The notes beneath the pieces were generated by a model that had not been told where the DNA came from, did no database searches, and saw only the letters and a program-made list of their open reading frames with translations. Positions 1 to 9,949 of a stretch of DNA of 64,000 nt are shown one piece after another; the stretch's first letter is position 1, and every line of letters starts with the position of its first letter. The translations under genes were made by a program, and so were the position numbers. The stretch is from a candidate division WOR-3 bacterium (GTDB lineage Bacteria; Hydrothermota; 32-111). The stretch covers positions 576,001-640,000 of the forward strand of contig JBDRZU010000001.1 of the NCBI GenBank assembly GCA_039804105.1, read 5' to 3'.

Positions 1-1128
1 AACATGCCTCCCTCCATTTATCAAGATATCCTCCAGTCCATCTCCATCAATATCTCCACAATCACATCCAGCACCTGAACTCAATAAATCCGCATTAGCC
101 CATACCGTTATATTCGGATTAGGCGGGGAACTACACTCTGTTGTCCACTTTATCTCAAGTATATCCTTCTCTGGATTGTATTCAACAAGATAATATCTGT
201 AATATTGATACAATGTAAGTCCATCCATATACCAGGAATTCGCCAATAAAATTTCATTATATCCATTCCCGTTTATATCGTTTGTAATAATCATTTTTCT
301 TAACAGCGGATCATTATAATTCCAGACACTAAATCTTATACTATCTTTAAAATTAAATGAATCACCTGTCTTATCGGTTGCTTCATACCACAAGATTTTA
401 CTACTAGCATAAAAGTTGGTTGCAATTATTACATCAACAAGTCCATTATTATTTAAATTTCCTACAATTACAGGTTCTTTTAACTGCACCGTCTCAGCAA
501 ATGTGTGTGTCAACTCAAGAGTGTTTTCATCAACATACTCCAAATACCCCCATCCATAACTCCGTGTCCTTGTGGTTATACCCGGTAAACCAACCCACAC
601 CAGTCTGTCTATTGAATCCCCTTTCAACTCGTTCGTTATATCCAATGGACCAAATGAATAAGTCGTATCCGCCAACCATAAAACCTGTTTCGTTGTATCC
701 GGAAACTCTTCCCTGCTCTTCTGTTCAAGTATATGAATATTAATGTTTTTATTTACTACTCTCATTATTTCTACCATCTCATATAAACCATCATTATCAA
801 AATCCCCTATTCCAATTGGAGCTGTAAAAGTAGTATCCTCTAAACTTGCCGGATGTGGAAAAACAATCCTGTAGACCTCTTCAAAATGGTATCCCCCTTC
901 TCTCCTGTATTCAAAAAAAGGATGATAGGGATAAATATCTCCTATTTTGAAATGAGCAGTATGTAATATTAATTCTTCTATACCATTATTGTTAAAATCA
1001 AATTTACCTATCGAAAACCATCCTGGATTTACTAAAGCTCCATGGGGAATCGTTGTCAACATCTCAAAATCAGCATATACAAAAATCACTATCGATAACA
1101 TTATCACCAAAACAATCACCCACTTCAT
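1..1128 (-). CDS. Secreted FG-GAP/VCBS-repeat protein, truncated at the window edge (not in ORF track)
   Basis: Manual translation from ATG 1128: MKWVIVLVIMLSIVIFVYADFEML..., open to base 1; repeats GKFDFNNNGIEE, GDFDNDGLYE, GNLNNNGLVD, NDINGNGYNE, GDIDGDGLED; purine-rich SD-like AGGTGGGAG upstream. Confidence 0.85.
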   Translation of the reverse strand, partial: MKWVIVLVIMLSIVIFVYADFEMLTTIPHGALVNPGWFSIGKFDFNNNGIEELILHTAHFKIGDIYPYHPFFEYRREGGYHFEEVYRIVFPHPASLEDTTFTAPIGIGDFDNDGLYEMVEIMRVVNKNINIHILEQKSREEFPDTTKQVLWLADTTYSFGPLDITNELKGDSIDRLVWVGLPGITTRTRSYGWGYLEYVDENTLELTHTFAETVQLKEPVIVGNLNNNGLVDVIIATNFYASSKILWYEATDKTGDSFNFKDSIRFSVWNYNDPLLRKMIITNDINGNGYNEILLANSWYMDGLTLYQYYRYYLVEYNPEKDILEIKWTTECSSPPNPNITVWANADLLSSGAGCDCGDIDGDGLEDILINGGRHV

Positions 1129-1145
1129 ATCTCCCACCTTCTAAA

Positions 1146-1170
1146 AGATAGGGGTATTATACCCCTATCT
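1146..1170 (-). terminator. Hairpin (terminator/attenuator-like) overlapping the stop codon of the 890-aa gene
   Basis: AGATAGGGGTA-tta-TACCCCTATCT perfect 11-bp stem; only a short T run follows on the minus strand. Confidence 0.55.
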
Positions 1171-3837
1171 CACTCTCACTATCTTCTTTGTATATTCTAT
1201 GCCTCCAACATCTATTACCACAAAATATATCCCTCTCTTTATCTTTACATCCATTCCATATTCACCTCTAACCTGATATCCCATCTCCTTCTTCTCCACC
1301 ACTCGCCCTGTTATATCCATAACTCTTATCCTTACATCTCCATCTCCTTTCATCATATATTCTATTCGACCATTACCTTCATTATACCTGATATTGTTTA
1401 TCATACCTTCATACTTCTCTTCCACTGTCTCTTTCACTCCTGCCTTTATCCCTCCTTTCACCATCGATATAACTCCACCTTCCTCTTCATATTCATATAC
1501 CTCTATCTCTGCTACCCTATTTTTATCCCCCTTCTTCCTATCAATACTGATCTCTATTTTTTTGTCACCTGCATATTTCTCCTTCGGAACAACTATCTCC
1601 AATACCTTCTCTCCAGGTCCACCATAAATTACTCCATACACCTCTCCATCTATCTGAACAACTTCTGGTATATGTGGATTTTTATCTTCTATCTTTACCT
1701 TCACCAGATAGTTCATCTCTCCATTCATTCCCCCCACTTCATACACCATCCTCTCTATCTTAAAATTACCCTCAACATACTCCCTCAATGGACTTATTAT
1801 CACTCCATCTATCGTGTCTGTCGGCTCTCCACTCGAATATGGCAATACATCCTGACTGTAACTCCTCACCTTCGATTTAAATCTGTATTCACCATTACTA
1901 CCCTCAAACCAGCAATAATAAAACTTCGTCTCTATTAACCCTTTCTTATACACAGCATCCATACTATATATCGAATCATCTCCATCATATATAACATAAC
2001 TCTCCGGTGTCAATGTGTCTGAATATCCCGCCCTGTATCCTATTATCTTATCATAATCCCTTATATATGATGACTGCACCACATTCCTGCTTATTGGATA
2101 TCTGTTTATCCCTCTTCCAGAACTAACTCTACCATACTCCGAATTCCAGATCTCTGTTGTCCCATCTCCATTATCAACCTCCCAAATAAATATCGTAACC
2201 CTGTTATCATAATCTCCTGATGGATTCTGTGCCTTCTGATATGCTGGACTGATTAAATCAAAATAACTCCAAGTTGAATTTAACATATCCCATCTACTTC
2301 CAACAAGATGCCATCCCGTATCTATGCATGCAGCCATATAGGACTCTGATAAAGTAGGAAGTTCATAACAAGGCACCACCACAGGTGAAAACATTGGAAC
2401 GACTCCATCTTTTGTGCCTGTATATGTAAACACTGTATCAAATTCAATGTTCCCTATATCCTCATCACTCCATACACCTACTATCAAATCTCCTCTATTT
2501 AACCCTTCATACCTGTATCCTATATATCCACCTATCTTCCTGTCACTCTCCCAACTACCAAACATTACCGGCTCTGAACTCCACAACACAGGATATTGAC
2601 TGAATCCACCCCACGGTGAACTCTTCACAGCATACTCTATGTTCGTCCCATTATTCCACATCGCTATTAAACCCTCTGTCGTCTTCACAAGGGAAGGATT
2701 TATCCCCCTTCCTATCTTCTCAAGATTCCAGATACCTCCAAAATTATCACTATATCCATATATCACACTGTCTCCATCCGTATACACCATATGCATCCTG
2801 TCACTGTTCAACTCCCTTACAACCTTCCTTTGATTGTTCAACCCCAATCCATATCCACTCTCACTCCATATATAGGGGGTTATCTCTCCTGTATAGGGAA
2901 CAAAACCTTCTTTTTCAACTGTTAAACTAAGAGAAGATGTATTTTTCAAATAAATATCATAAAAACTGCTGCCATCTACATCGGTAAAATCTGAATACAA
3001 TAGTTGATTTTTTTGGTAAATATTTGTTTTTGCATTTATTACAGGAGATAAATCATAAAAATTTTTTACTTCTATTTTTTCTAAATATGAATTTAAAACT
3101 TTTCTTTCAGGAGTGAAATTGACAAGTAAAAAATTGTTTAGATCGGGGTAAAAATAAATATCATCTATCGAAACACTAAAAGTCAAATTATTACTTGTCG
3201 CCTGTGAAGTACTATACGCTCTTGCATAAAATCTGATTTTCTGGGGTACAGATGTATTTTCTATAGATACCAAGTCATTAATAATATATTTATTCCCATC
3301 TTTCACAATCTCTATCTGAAATTTAGGGAAATCCACTAAAGGCTCTAAAACATATATTGAAACAGTCGTGTCATAAACTAAAGTTTGATTTTGATATAAT
3401 TTAAAAATTAAATTGACAAATAAAAATTTATCTATATTTGTAAATTCTATAGTAAGTGAATCATTATTTTCAAAACATAAAGCAAAATTTAAAGAACTTT
3501 TGAAATCATCATCATAAACAACACCATAATCATCCTGGATTTCATAACCTAAATAACCGTTTCCCTCTCTTAGATATTCCTTAATATAAGTCGGAATTTC
3601 TTTTTCAAGACCTATAAAAGAAGTTTCAGGAAATTCTGTTAAACCAACTTTAAAATTTAAAACTGTATCCGTGAAATCAATGTTTCCATATTCATCATTA
3701 TAAGGTTTTTTGAATAATTCCCCGTTCCCATTTTGAAATATAATCCAGTAAGGGCTTATTCCAATTTCACCTTGAAAATCATCACTCATGAGATACTTTT
3801 CCTGAGCAAAAATGGAAATAGGAAATGAAGCGATCAT
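1165..3837 (-). CDS. Large secreted protein with T9SS type-A-like C-terminal sorting domain; likely true start ATG 3941 is frameshifted by an (AG)n tract
   Basis: C-terminus RVMDITGRVV...KRGIYFVVI...KKIVRVR; upstream in-frame residues NTIVLLSILF complete a signal peptide ending ISIFA/QE. Confidence 0.8.
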   Translation of the reverse strand: MIASFPISIFAQEKYLMSDDFQGEIGISPYWIIFQNGNGELFKKPYNDEYGNIDFTDTVLNFKVGLTEFPETSFIGLEKEIPTYIKEYLREGNGYLGYEIQDDYGVVYDDDFKSSLNFALCFENNDSLTIEFTNIDKFLFVNLIFKLYQNQTLVYDTTVSIYVLEPLVDFPKFQIEIVKDGNKYIINDLVSIENTSVPQKIRFYARAYSTSQATSNNLTFSVSIDDIYFYPDLNNFLLVNFTPERKVLNSYLEKIEVKNFYDLSPVINAKTNIYQKNQLLYSDFTDVDGSSFYDIYLKNTSSLSLTVEKEGFVPYTGEITPYIWSESGYGLGLNNQRKVVRELNSDRMHMVYTDGDSVIYGYSDNFGGIWNLEKIGRGINPSLVKTTEGLIAMWNNGTNIEYAVKSSPWGGFSQYPVLWSSEPVMFGSWESDRKIGGYIGYRYEGLNRGDLIVGVWSDEDIGNIEFDTVFTYTGTKDGVVPMFSPVVVPCYELPTLSESYMAACIDTGWHLVGSRWDMLNSTWSYFDLISPAYQKAQNPSGDYDNRVTIFIWEVDNGDGTTEIWNSEYGRVSSGRGINRYPISRNVVQSSYIRDYDKIIGYRAGYSDTLTPESYVIYDGDDSIYSMDAVYKKGLIETKFYYCWFEGSNGEYRFKSKVRSYSQDVLPYSSGEPTDTIDGVIISPLREYVEGNFKIERMVYEVGGMNGEMNYLVKVKIEDKNPHIPEVVQIDGEVYGVIYGGPGEKVLEIVVPKEKYAGDKKIEISIDRKKGDKNRVAEIEVYEYEEEGGVISMVKGGIKAGVKETVEEKYEGMINNIRYNEGNGRIEYMMKGDGDVRIRVMDITGRVVEKKEMGYQVRGEYGMDVKIKRGIYFVVIDVGGIEYTKKIVRVR

Positions 3838-3866
3838 AAATAAAATGGAGAGTAATACGATTGTAT

Positions 3867-3908
<42 letters not shown>

Positions 3909-4014
3909 AGAAATGCTTTTAAAGTTTTTAATTTTTCTCATTTAACCTCCTTTTTTAGAATATTAAAAAAAAATGAAAAAAAGTCAAGAGAAAAAATATT
4001 TAACAGAATATAAC

Positions 4015-4042
4015 TTGACACAACAGATCAAAAGAATATAAT
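4015..4042 (+). promoter_or_regulatory. sigma70-type promoter for the symporter-OFOR operon
   Basis: TTGACA-16 nt-TATAAT; SD GGAG before ATG 4077. Confidence 0.75.
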
Positions 4043-4076
4043 TTTTCTATTTTAATTTTAACACAGGAGTAAAAAA

Positions 4077-5501
4077 ATGAACATATATTCAATCATAGTT
4101 CTTTTGTATTTTTTGCTTGTTGTTTCAATTTCATTTGTGACAAAAAAGATTGCAGAAAGGTCTTCTGCTGACTATCTGATAGCAGGAAGAAATCTTGGAA
4201 CTTTCGTTTGCGCCGTTGTTGTTGCTGCTGAATGGCTTGGAGGAATGTCAACTATAGGTATAAGTGAAAAGGCATTCAAAACGATGACTTTACAGCCAAT
4301 ACTTTATAACTTTGCAACAGCAACAGGAATGATCATCATCGGATTTACTGTTGCTTACCATTACAGAACAAGGAATGTTCATACTGTAAGTGAGATGTTG
4401 AAATCGATTTTTGGTGAAGAGATTTCAACAATTTCTGCATTTGCATTTTTAATCGCTTACATCGTTCTTTCATATGTTCAACTCCAGACATGCGCAAGTA
4501 TCATAGCACCAATTTTGAAACTTGACTGGACATTGTCAGTTATAATCTCTGCAGCGATAATAACACTCTATACATATATTGGAGGAATGTACGCTTTAAC
4601 AATAACCGGTATAATCCACCTTGTTGCAATGTATTTTGGACTTGGAGTTGCAACAATAATAGGAATAACAAAAATTGGTGGTTTTTCAAACCTACAATCG
4701 ATTTTACAATCACAGGGAGCACCGAATAACCTTTACAACCCATTCACAACTAACTTTTCCGCTGCTTTCAGTTTACTTTTAGGTGGAATTCTCGGCGGAA
4801 TGGCAGGTCAGGCAAGTATTCAACCGATATTTTCTGCAAAGGATCCACAAACTGCGAAAAAAGCCGCTGTTCTTTCTGGAATAATAGTTGCACCTTTCGG
4901 CATAATGACAGGACTTCTGGGACTCCTTGCAAAAACTGGGAAATTCTTTGATCCAGGAGCGATAAAAGCAAATGAAGCACTTGGAACAATACTAACTTCA
5001 GCAACATTCATAAATCCGATTCTTGGTGGAATAGCGCTGGCAGGAGTTATCGCAGCGATACTTTCAACAGTGGGACCTGTGAATTTTGCTGTTGTGACTA
5101 TAGCAACAAAAGATATTTACCAGAATCTTTCGAAAAAGGCAAAGGATGATAAAAAGATTCTTCAAACAGCAAAAAATCTTGTGATACTTATAAACTTTAT
5201 CACGATTCCACTTGCAATACTTTTCAGAAATGCGATTCTTGACACCGCATATATTTCCTATGCGATAAGAGGTATAGGTGCTATTGTTATCCTCTTTGCA
5301 CTTTACCTGAAAGGACTCATAACAAAGACGGGAGTCAAACTTTCATTTATCGGTGGAGTTGTGGTGATATTCTTATGTCTTCTTGGTAAACAGATGAAAT
5401 GGTTTGATATTGATAAAACATATGGTGCTGTTATTTCAACAATAATTTTTATAATAGTCGGTTATGTATGGGATAAATTTATCAAAAAATCGGAGAAATA
5501 A
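4077..5501 (+). CDS. Sodium:solute symporter (SSS/PutP family)
   Basis: Many hydrophobic segments; DYLIAGRNLG, YTYIGGM, AAILST motifs. Confidence 0.9.
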   Translation: MNIYSIIVLLYFLLVVSISFVTKKIAERSSADYLIAGRNLGTFVCAVVVAAEWLGGMSTIGISEKAFKTMTLQPILYNFATATGMIIIGFTVAYHYRTRNVHTVSEMLKSIFGEEISTISAFAFLIAYIVLSYVQLQTCASIIAPILKLDWTLSVIISAAIITLYTYIGGMYALTITGIIHLVAMYFGLGVATIIGITKIGGFSNLQSILQSQGAPNNLYNPFTTNFSAAFSLLLGGILGGMAGQASIQPIFSAKDPQTAKKAAVLSGIIVAPFGIMTGLLGLLAKTGKFFDPGAIKANEALGTILTSATFINPILGGIALAGVIAAILSTVGPVNFAVVTIATKDIYQNLSKKAKDDKKILQTAKNLVILINFITIPLAILFRNAILDTAYISYAIRGIGAIVILFALYLKGLITKTGVKLSFIGGVVVIFLCLLGKQMKWFDIDKTYGAVISTIIFIIVGYVWDKFIKKSEK

Positions 5502-5502
5502 G

Positions 5503-6618
5503 ATGGAAAATGGAAAAAAGATTTTTGTTAACGGTTCATTTTTAATCGTTGAATCGATCGCAAGAGCAGGGGCTGACACATTTGTTGGGTATCCCATAAC
5601 ACCTTCGAACTATCTTTACCTGTACAGTTCAAAAAGGTTACCATTAACATTTCATGCTCCAGATGAAATAACTACACTACAATGGATGTCAGGACTTTCA
5701 GCAGCAGGAAGATTACCAATAACAGCAACATCATTCCCTGGATTCGCTTTGATGGTTGAGTCAATCAATATGGCTTTCATGATGGAACTTCCAATGGTGA
5801 TAATACTTGCCCAAAGGTTGGGGCCATCAACTGGAACTGCTACATGTGGTGCATCAGGTGATCTTTTACTCGTAAGAGGGATGATATCGGGTGGTTACCC
5901 CGTTCCAACATTGGCAATTTCTGACTTCAAAGATTGCTGGGAGATACCTGAAATCGCTATAAATACGGCAGTGAACTTAAGAACACCTGTCATAATTTTA
6001 ACCTCAAAAGAGATCACGATGACAAACAGAAGTTTTGAGATATCTTCTTTAAAAGAGATAAAAAAAGTTGAAAGAAAATTTTATAGTTCAGATGAAACAT
6101 ACATTCCATATAAACCTGAAAAAAATCTTGTTCCAGAGTTTTTGCCTCTATCATCAAACAAACATCAGATAAGAATAAACGCCTCAACACACGATCAGAA
6201 AGGTATATTGCAACATTCAACAAAGGAAGCACTTGAAAACAGTGCAAGGTTGTACAAAAAAATTGTTTCAAACATAAAAGATTTCACACTCTATGAATAT
6301 GATGAGGATGGAAACGAAAATCTTTTGATAAGTTTTGATGTGAGTTCTGTTGTGTGTAAAGAAGCGATGAAAGATTTAAGAAACGAAAAGAAGAAGGTCT
6401 CTTTGCTCGTTGCAAAAACTCTTGTGCCTGTTCCAGATGTTTACTATGAGATAATTTCGAAATACAAAAAGATTTTTGTTGTTGAAGAAAATCTAAACGG
6501 TCAACTGTGTGAAATGCTTTTTGGTAACAACATTCCTGATAATGTAATAAAGATAAATTCCATAGGTAAGATGATCAGCATAGATAAAATCAAAGAAGAG
6601 GTTAGAAAAAATGGATAA
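5503..6618 (+). CDS. 2-oxoacid:ferredoxin oxidoreductase alpha subunit (start reassigned to ATG 5503)
   Basis: GYPITPS, ATSFPGFALM, QRLGPSTG motifs; GGAG upstream of 5503. Confidence 0.88.
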   Translation: MENGKKIFVNGSFLIVESIARAGADTFVGYPITPSNYLYLYSSKRLPLTFHAPDEITTLQWMSGLSAAGRLPITATSFPGFALMVESINMAFMMELPMVIILAQRLGPSTGTATCGASGDLLLVRGMISGGYPVPTLAISDFKDCWEIPEIAINTAVNLRTPVIILTSKEITMTNRSFEISSLKEIKKVERKFYSSDETYIPYKPEKNLVPEFLPLSSNKHQIRINASTHDQKGILQHSTKEALENSARLYKKIVSNIKDFTLYEYDEDGNENLLISFDVSSVVCKEAMKDLRNEKKKVSLLVAKTLVPVPDVYYEIISKYKKIFVVEENLNGQLCEMLFGNNIPDNVIKINSIGKMISIDKIKEEVRKNG

Positions 6619-7873
6619 AAAATTCTTGAATTCAAATAAACTTCCATTCTGTGCTGGTTGTGGACACCACCTGATAGCACAGAACACAGAAAAAGCACTT
6701 GAAAAACTGAACATCGATCCACTGGATGTAATCCTCGTTTCTGACATTGGTTGTCATGGAATAATAGATAAATTTGCAAACTCACACACAGTCCATGGAT
6801 TACATGGAAGATCTGTTGCACTTGCAGCAGGAATTTCCCTTGGGCTAAAAAATAAAAACAAAAAAGTTATAGTTTTCATCGGTGATGGAGGTGCAACGAT
6901 TGGAATGCAGCACATTCTTGAGGCATCACGTCTTGACATAGATTTAACTGTCTTAATCCACAACAACATGCTTTATGGAATGACAGGTGGACAGGCAAGT
7001 GGATTAACTCCAAAAGGTTTTGTTACAACAACAACACCTGATAAAAGTAAAACAAGAAATTATGATATCTGTCAGATAGCACTCGCTGCAAAAGCGAGTT
7101 TTGTTGCAAGAGTAGTTGTGAAACCAGATTTTTCAAATATTATCGCTGATGCAATAAAAAATGATGGTTTTTCTTTAGTTGAGGCGATCGAGTTATGTCC
7201 AAGTTATGCTGTGAAGATGAACAAAGGTATGAAAATTTCTGAGATCCTGAAAGAGATTGGAGAGGAAGAGTTTGTTAAAAAGAATGAAAATTATAGGTGG
7301 GAATTTTATACAAATTCAACAGAGAACCTATTCGATAAGGTAAAAATACTTGAAAAAAAATATGAACATAAACTTGAAAAAACATTCTGTATACAACTAT
7401 CAGGTTCAGCTGGTGAAGGAGTTCAGACAGCAGGTGAAGCGTTCTGTTATGCTTCAATACTTTCAGGTCTCTCTGTTAACCATAGAGGAAGTTATCCTGT
7501 TACAGTGGGGGTAGGATTTTCAACAACTGAAATAATAATCTCTCCAGAACAAGATTGCACTTACAATGTGAATTCTCCAGATATAATAATCATAACATCT
7601 TTGGATGGACTCAATGTTAACATTGAAAAGTTGAAAAGTTTTAAGGGGATACTCTATCTTGATAACTCACTTGAAACACCTCAAACCGAAGCAAAAATTA
7701 TCAGATACGATTTCCGAAAATTTGGTGCAAAAAATAGTGCGGTTTTCTCGTTGTTTTACATTTTAAAAGAAAAAGAGATATATCCAATCGATGCTTTAAT
7801 AGATGGGCTTGAACTTGCAAATCTGAAAGATAAGGTTGATCTTGAAAAATTTAAACAAGATTTGAACATTTAA
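6611..7873 (+). CDS. 2-oxoacid:ferredoxin oxidoreductase fused beta-gamma subunit
   Basis: FCAGCGH, SDIGC, HGLHGRS, TPP motif GDGG...NN, YGMTGGQ; gamma motif GSAGEGVQTAG in the C-terminal part. Confidence 0.88.
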   Translation: MDKKFLNSNKLPFCAGCGHHLIAQNTEKALEKLNIDPLDVILVSDIGCHGIIDKFANSHTVHGLHGRSVALAAGISLGLKNKNKKVIVFIGDGGATIGMQHILEASRLDIDLTVLIHNNMLYGMTGGQASGLTPKGFVTTTTPDKSKTRNYDICQIALAAKASFVARVVVKPDFSNIIADAIKNDGFSLVEAIELCPSYAVKMNKGMKISEILKEIGEEEFVKKNENYRWEFYTNSTENLFDKVKILEKKYEHKLEKTFCIQLSGSAGEGVQTAGEAFCYASILSGLSVNHRGSYPVTVGVGFSTTEIIISPEQDCTYNVNSPDIIIITSLDGLNVNIEKLKSFKGILYLDNSLETPQTEAKIIRYDFRKFGAKNSAVFSLFYILKEKEIYPIDALIDGLELANLKDKVDLEKFKQDLNI

Positions 7874-7876
7874 CTT

Positions 7877-8791
7877 CTAAACAAGTTCTGCTATCGCCCT
7901 TGCGATAAGCATTGAATTGAACCTTCTGTCAGCTCCATCTGATCTTGAGTTCAAAACAACCGGAACTGAAGCACCAAGAACAACTCCACCACTTTTTGCA
8001 TCAGCATGGAATTTGTATGCTTTCCCAAGGATGTTTCCACTTTCAAGGTTTGGAACTATAAGTATATCAGGATCACCTGCAACTTCTGAACCTTTCAACT
8101 TCTTACTATCAGCAGATTTTTTATCTATCGCTGTATCATACGCTAAAGGACCATCGATTATAAATCCTTTTATCTGCCCTCTCTGATACATTTGTGTTAA
8201 ACACGCAGCATCGATGGTAGATTCAACTTTTGTGTTTATAACCTCAAGAGCAGAAAGTAAAGCAACTTTTGGGGTTTCGATTTCAAGAGCGTTGTATAAA
8301 ATTTTTGTATTCTCAATAATATATTTTTTTTCTTCCATCGTTGGAACAGGTATTATAGCGTTATCTGTGACAGAGATGAATTTATGGTATGAAGGCATTT
8401 CAAAAAGTGTAAGGTTTGAAAGAACACCTGATTTTTTTATTCCTGTTTCCTTATCAAGTATAGGTTTTAAATAAAATACGGTTTCAAGTTTCCCTTTAAC
8501 AAGGATCTCAGCTTTTTTCTCTTTAATGTATTTCACAGCAAGTTTCCCTGATTCCTCATCAGAAGAAGAATCAACTATCTCAAAATCGTTTAAATTTTCA
8601 CCAAAATCTTTTATTATATTCTCTATTTTTTGAGCATCTCCAATAAGTATTGGAGTTTTTACTATTCCAACTTTCATCGATTCAACTACACTTTCAATCA
8701 CATCCTTATCATGTGCTGCCGCAACAACAACCCTTTTTGCAGACATTTTTAAAACTTTTTCCTTTAATTCACTAAAACTTTTTATTCCCAT
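7877..8791 (-). CDS. ptb: Phosphate butyryltransferase (phosphate acyltransferase family)
   Basis: LVKGKLET, DGPLAYDTAI, PNLESGNILGK, NSRSD motifs; next to buk; GGAGG before ATG 8791. Confidence 0.85.
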   Translation of the reverse strand: MGIKSFSELKEKVLKMSAKRVVVAAAHDKDVIESVVESMKVGIVKTPILIGDAQKIENIIKDFGENLNDFEIVDSSSDEESGKLAVKYIKEKKAEILVKGKLETVFYLKPILDKETGIKKSGVLSNLTLFEMPSYHKFISVTDNAIIPVPTMEEKKYIIENTKILYNALEIETPKVALLSALEVINTKVESTIDAACLTQMYQRGQIKGFIIDGPLAYDTAIDKKSADSKKLKGSEVAGDPDILIVPNLESGNILGKAYKFHADAKSGGVVLGASVPVVLNSRSDGADRRFNSMLIARAIAELV

Positions 8792-8802
8792 CTTTCCTCC
8801 AT

Positions 8803-9891
8803 TCAAACTTTCACAGGCCAGGTCAAATATTTTTCTTCACCTTTTAAAACTCTATAAACACCTAGAGCCAAAGATTCGTTTTCGTTACTCCCCGGGAAAA
8901 CATAGATCTTTCCAATCTTGCCAACCTTTCTTGTTAAATCTTTCACAAGTTTCTCAGAATAAGCCATTCCACCAGTCAAAATTATCCCATCGATTTCAAA
9001 ATCCATAACCGAACCCATCGCTCCAATCTCTTTTGCAATCTGATAAACCATCGCATTGTAAATCAGTTCAGCATACTTATCACCATTTTCGATCATCTTC
9101 AGAACTTCTCTTAGATCCTTTGTCTTTAAATAACCATACAATCCACCTTCACCATAAAGTTTTTTCATTATCTGTTCTTTTGTATATTGACCCGAGAAAC
9201 AGGCGTTCACAAGTGGTATCGGTGGAACTCCACCTGCTCTTTCTGCTGTAAATGGAGCACTCTCCATCCTGTTATCGTTATCAACGATTTTCCCTTCAAC
9301 AAAAGCGGCTATCGAAAATCCAGCACCAAGATGTGCAACAACACATTTGATCCTGTTAAAATCTATGTTCAACATCTCAGAAAGTTTTCTAACCGTTGCC
9401 CTGATGTTAAGAGCATGGACAAAAGAAAATCTTGGAAAATCTTTTGCACCTGAAATTCTTGCAACATCTGTAAACTCGTCTACACTTACAGGATCAACTA
9501 TAAACGAATCAACATTATTCTCTTTTGCAACTCTATAAGCGAGTGGTGCACCAAGGTTTGAAGCATGCTGATAGACCGGTGTGTAAAGTGAAAAATGGAC
9601 AAGTTCCTCATTTATTTTTATAACTCCACTTGGAACCGGGGTCAACATACCTCCTCGACCTGCTGTTGCAACGATTTTATAACCATCTCTCATATTCCTG
9701 TTTAAAAAATCTTTTACCTTCTCATACCTGTAATCAACCTGTGATGTTATATCTTTAAAAGATTTTATCTCTTCTGTTGGATGCTCGATGTTTTCTGAGA
9801 CAACCTCTTCTATACCTTTTTCAACTATTTTATAAATAGAACATTTTGTTGTTGTTGCACCGGGATTCACTGAAAAAATAATTTCAACCAT
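8803..9891 (-). CDS. buk: Butyrate kinase
   Basis: VNPGATTTK, GRGGML, HASNLGA, VDPVSVDE, HALN, VAHLGAGFS, LTGGMAYS. Confidence 0.92.
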   Translation of the reverse strand: MVEIIFSVNPGATTTKCSIYKIVEKGIEEVVSENIEHPTEEIKSFKDITSQVDYRYEKVKDFLNRNMRDGYKIVATAGRGGMLTPVPSGVIKINEELVHFSLYTPVYQHASNLGAPLAYRVAKENNVDSFIVDPVSVDEFTDVARISGAKDFPRFSFVHALNIRATVRKLSEMLNIDFNRIKCVVAHLGAGFSIAAFVEGKIVDNDNRMESAPFTAERAGGVPPIPLVNACFSGQYTKEQIMKKLYGEGGLYGYLKTKDLREVLKMIENGDKYAELIYNAMVYQIAKEIGAMGSVMDFEIDGIILTGGMAYSEKLVKDLTRKVGKIGKIYVFPGSNENESLALGVYRVLKGEEKYLTWPVKV

Positions 9892-9949
9892 TAAAAACTC
9901 CTTTTTAAAAGTAATATTTTATATTTTTAAAGATTTTTATCAAGGGAAA

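Noticed and set aside
420..2930. Plus-strand ORFs of 60-107 aa opposite the surface-protein genes
   Set aside because: Antisense shadows of strongly skewed coding sequence; no motifs
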